Assembly: GCF_964204645.1 (NCBI RefSeq)
Contig: NC_134032.1
Coordinates: 13,194,275-13,258,274 of the forward strand
DNA length: 64,000 bases
DNA from: Tubulanus polymorphus
Taxonomy: Eukaryota; Animalia; Nemertea
Direction of reading: 5' to 3'
The number at the start of each line of letters is the position of its first letter. Position 1 is the first letter of the stretch. The translations under genes were made by a program, and so were the position numbers. Below are positions 63,779 through 64,000 of the stretch, piece by piece. The notes under the pieces are model-generated. The model saw nothing but the letters and a program-made list of their open reading frames with translations, was not told the DNA's origin and searched no databases.

Positions 63779-64000
63779 ACTCTCTTAACATTTCGGGCAT
63801 AATTGTTCATGCATTCCTAGCGTGAGGAGTTTCTATATGCTATTGGCAATTTATGAGATTATTTTTATTGGAAATGCATACGTGTACTTTTAATTTAAAC
63901 AAAAAACTGTGCACTTTGAAGAGTTTCCCCGCTGAACGATTGCTTCTTTTGTTTTTCGGTTCGAAGTGCGAGTGGGAGTGGACGTTATAGATATCTAAGC

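Overview
Eukaryotic (animal, probably invertebrate; inference) genomic DNA with GT-AG spliced genes and many repeats. 1-30.2 kb is a tandem array of three related ~9.6-11 kb units; the window starts inside the first. Each unit holds a decayed, very AT-rich Maverick/Polinton (adintovirus-like) relic followed by an intact type II membrane FkbM-family methyltransferase gene with a single coding exon. The relic includes an A32-type packaging ATPase, a c-integrase fragment, a probable minor capsid protein, a possible PLA2 fragment and small conserved ORFs. The three methyltransferase genes encode 1, 2 and 4 tandem 298-aa (894 bp) catalytic modules that are sequence mosaics of each other. Unit 3 carries a 5'-truncated LINE with a 9-bp TSD and a MITE in the gene's 5' intron. 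31.5-42 kb holds two tandem 7-exon ketohexokinase (PfkB) paralogs with different active-site substitutions. Intron 6 of the second contains a perfect 109-bp-arm palindrome made of two inverted minimal hammerhead ribozymes of Penelope type, and related hammerheads recur across the window. 43.4-49.9 kb (minus strand) is a secreted VWD(GDPH)-C8-TIL-VWD protein gene. 49.9-56.2 kb is a ~6.3 kb non-coding element bounded by ~415-bp inverted repeats. 57.7 kb is the first coding exon of an unidentified gene with a dileucine motif, followed by a 66-bp minisatellite and repeats. All family assignments come from motif recognition by eye; no database searches were run.
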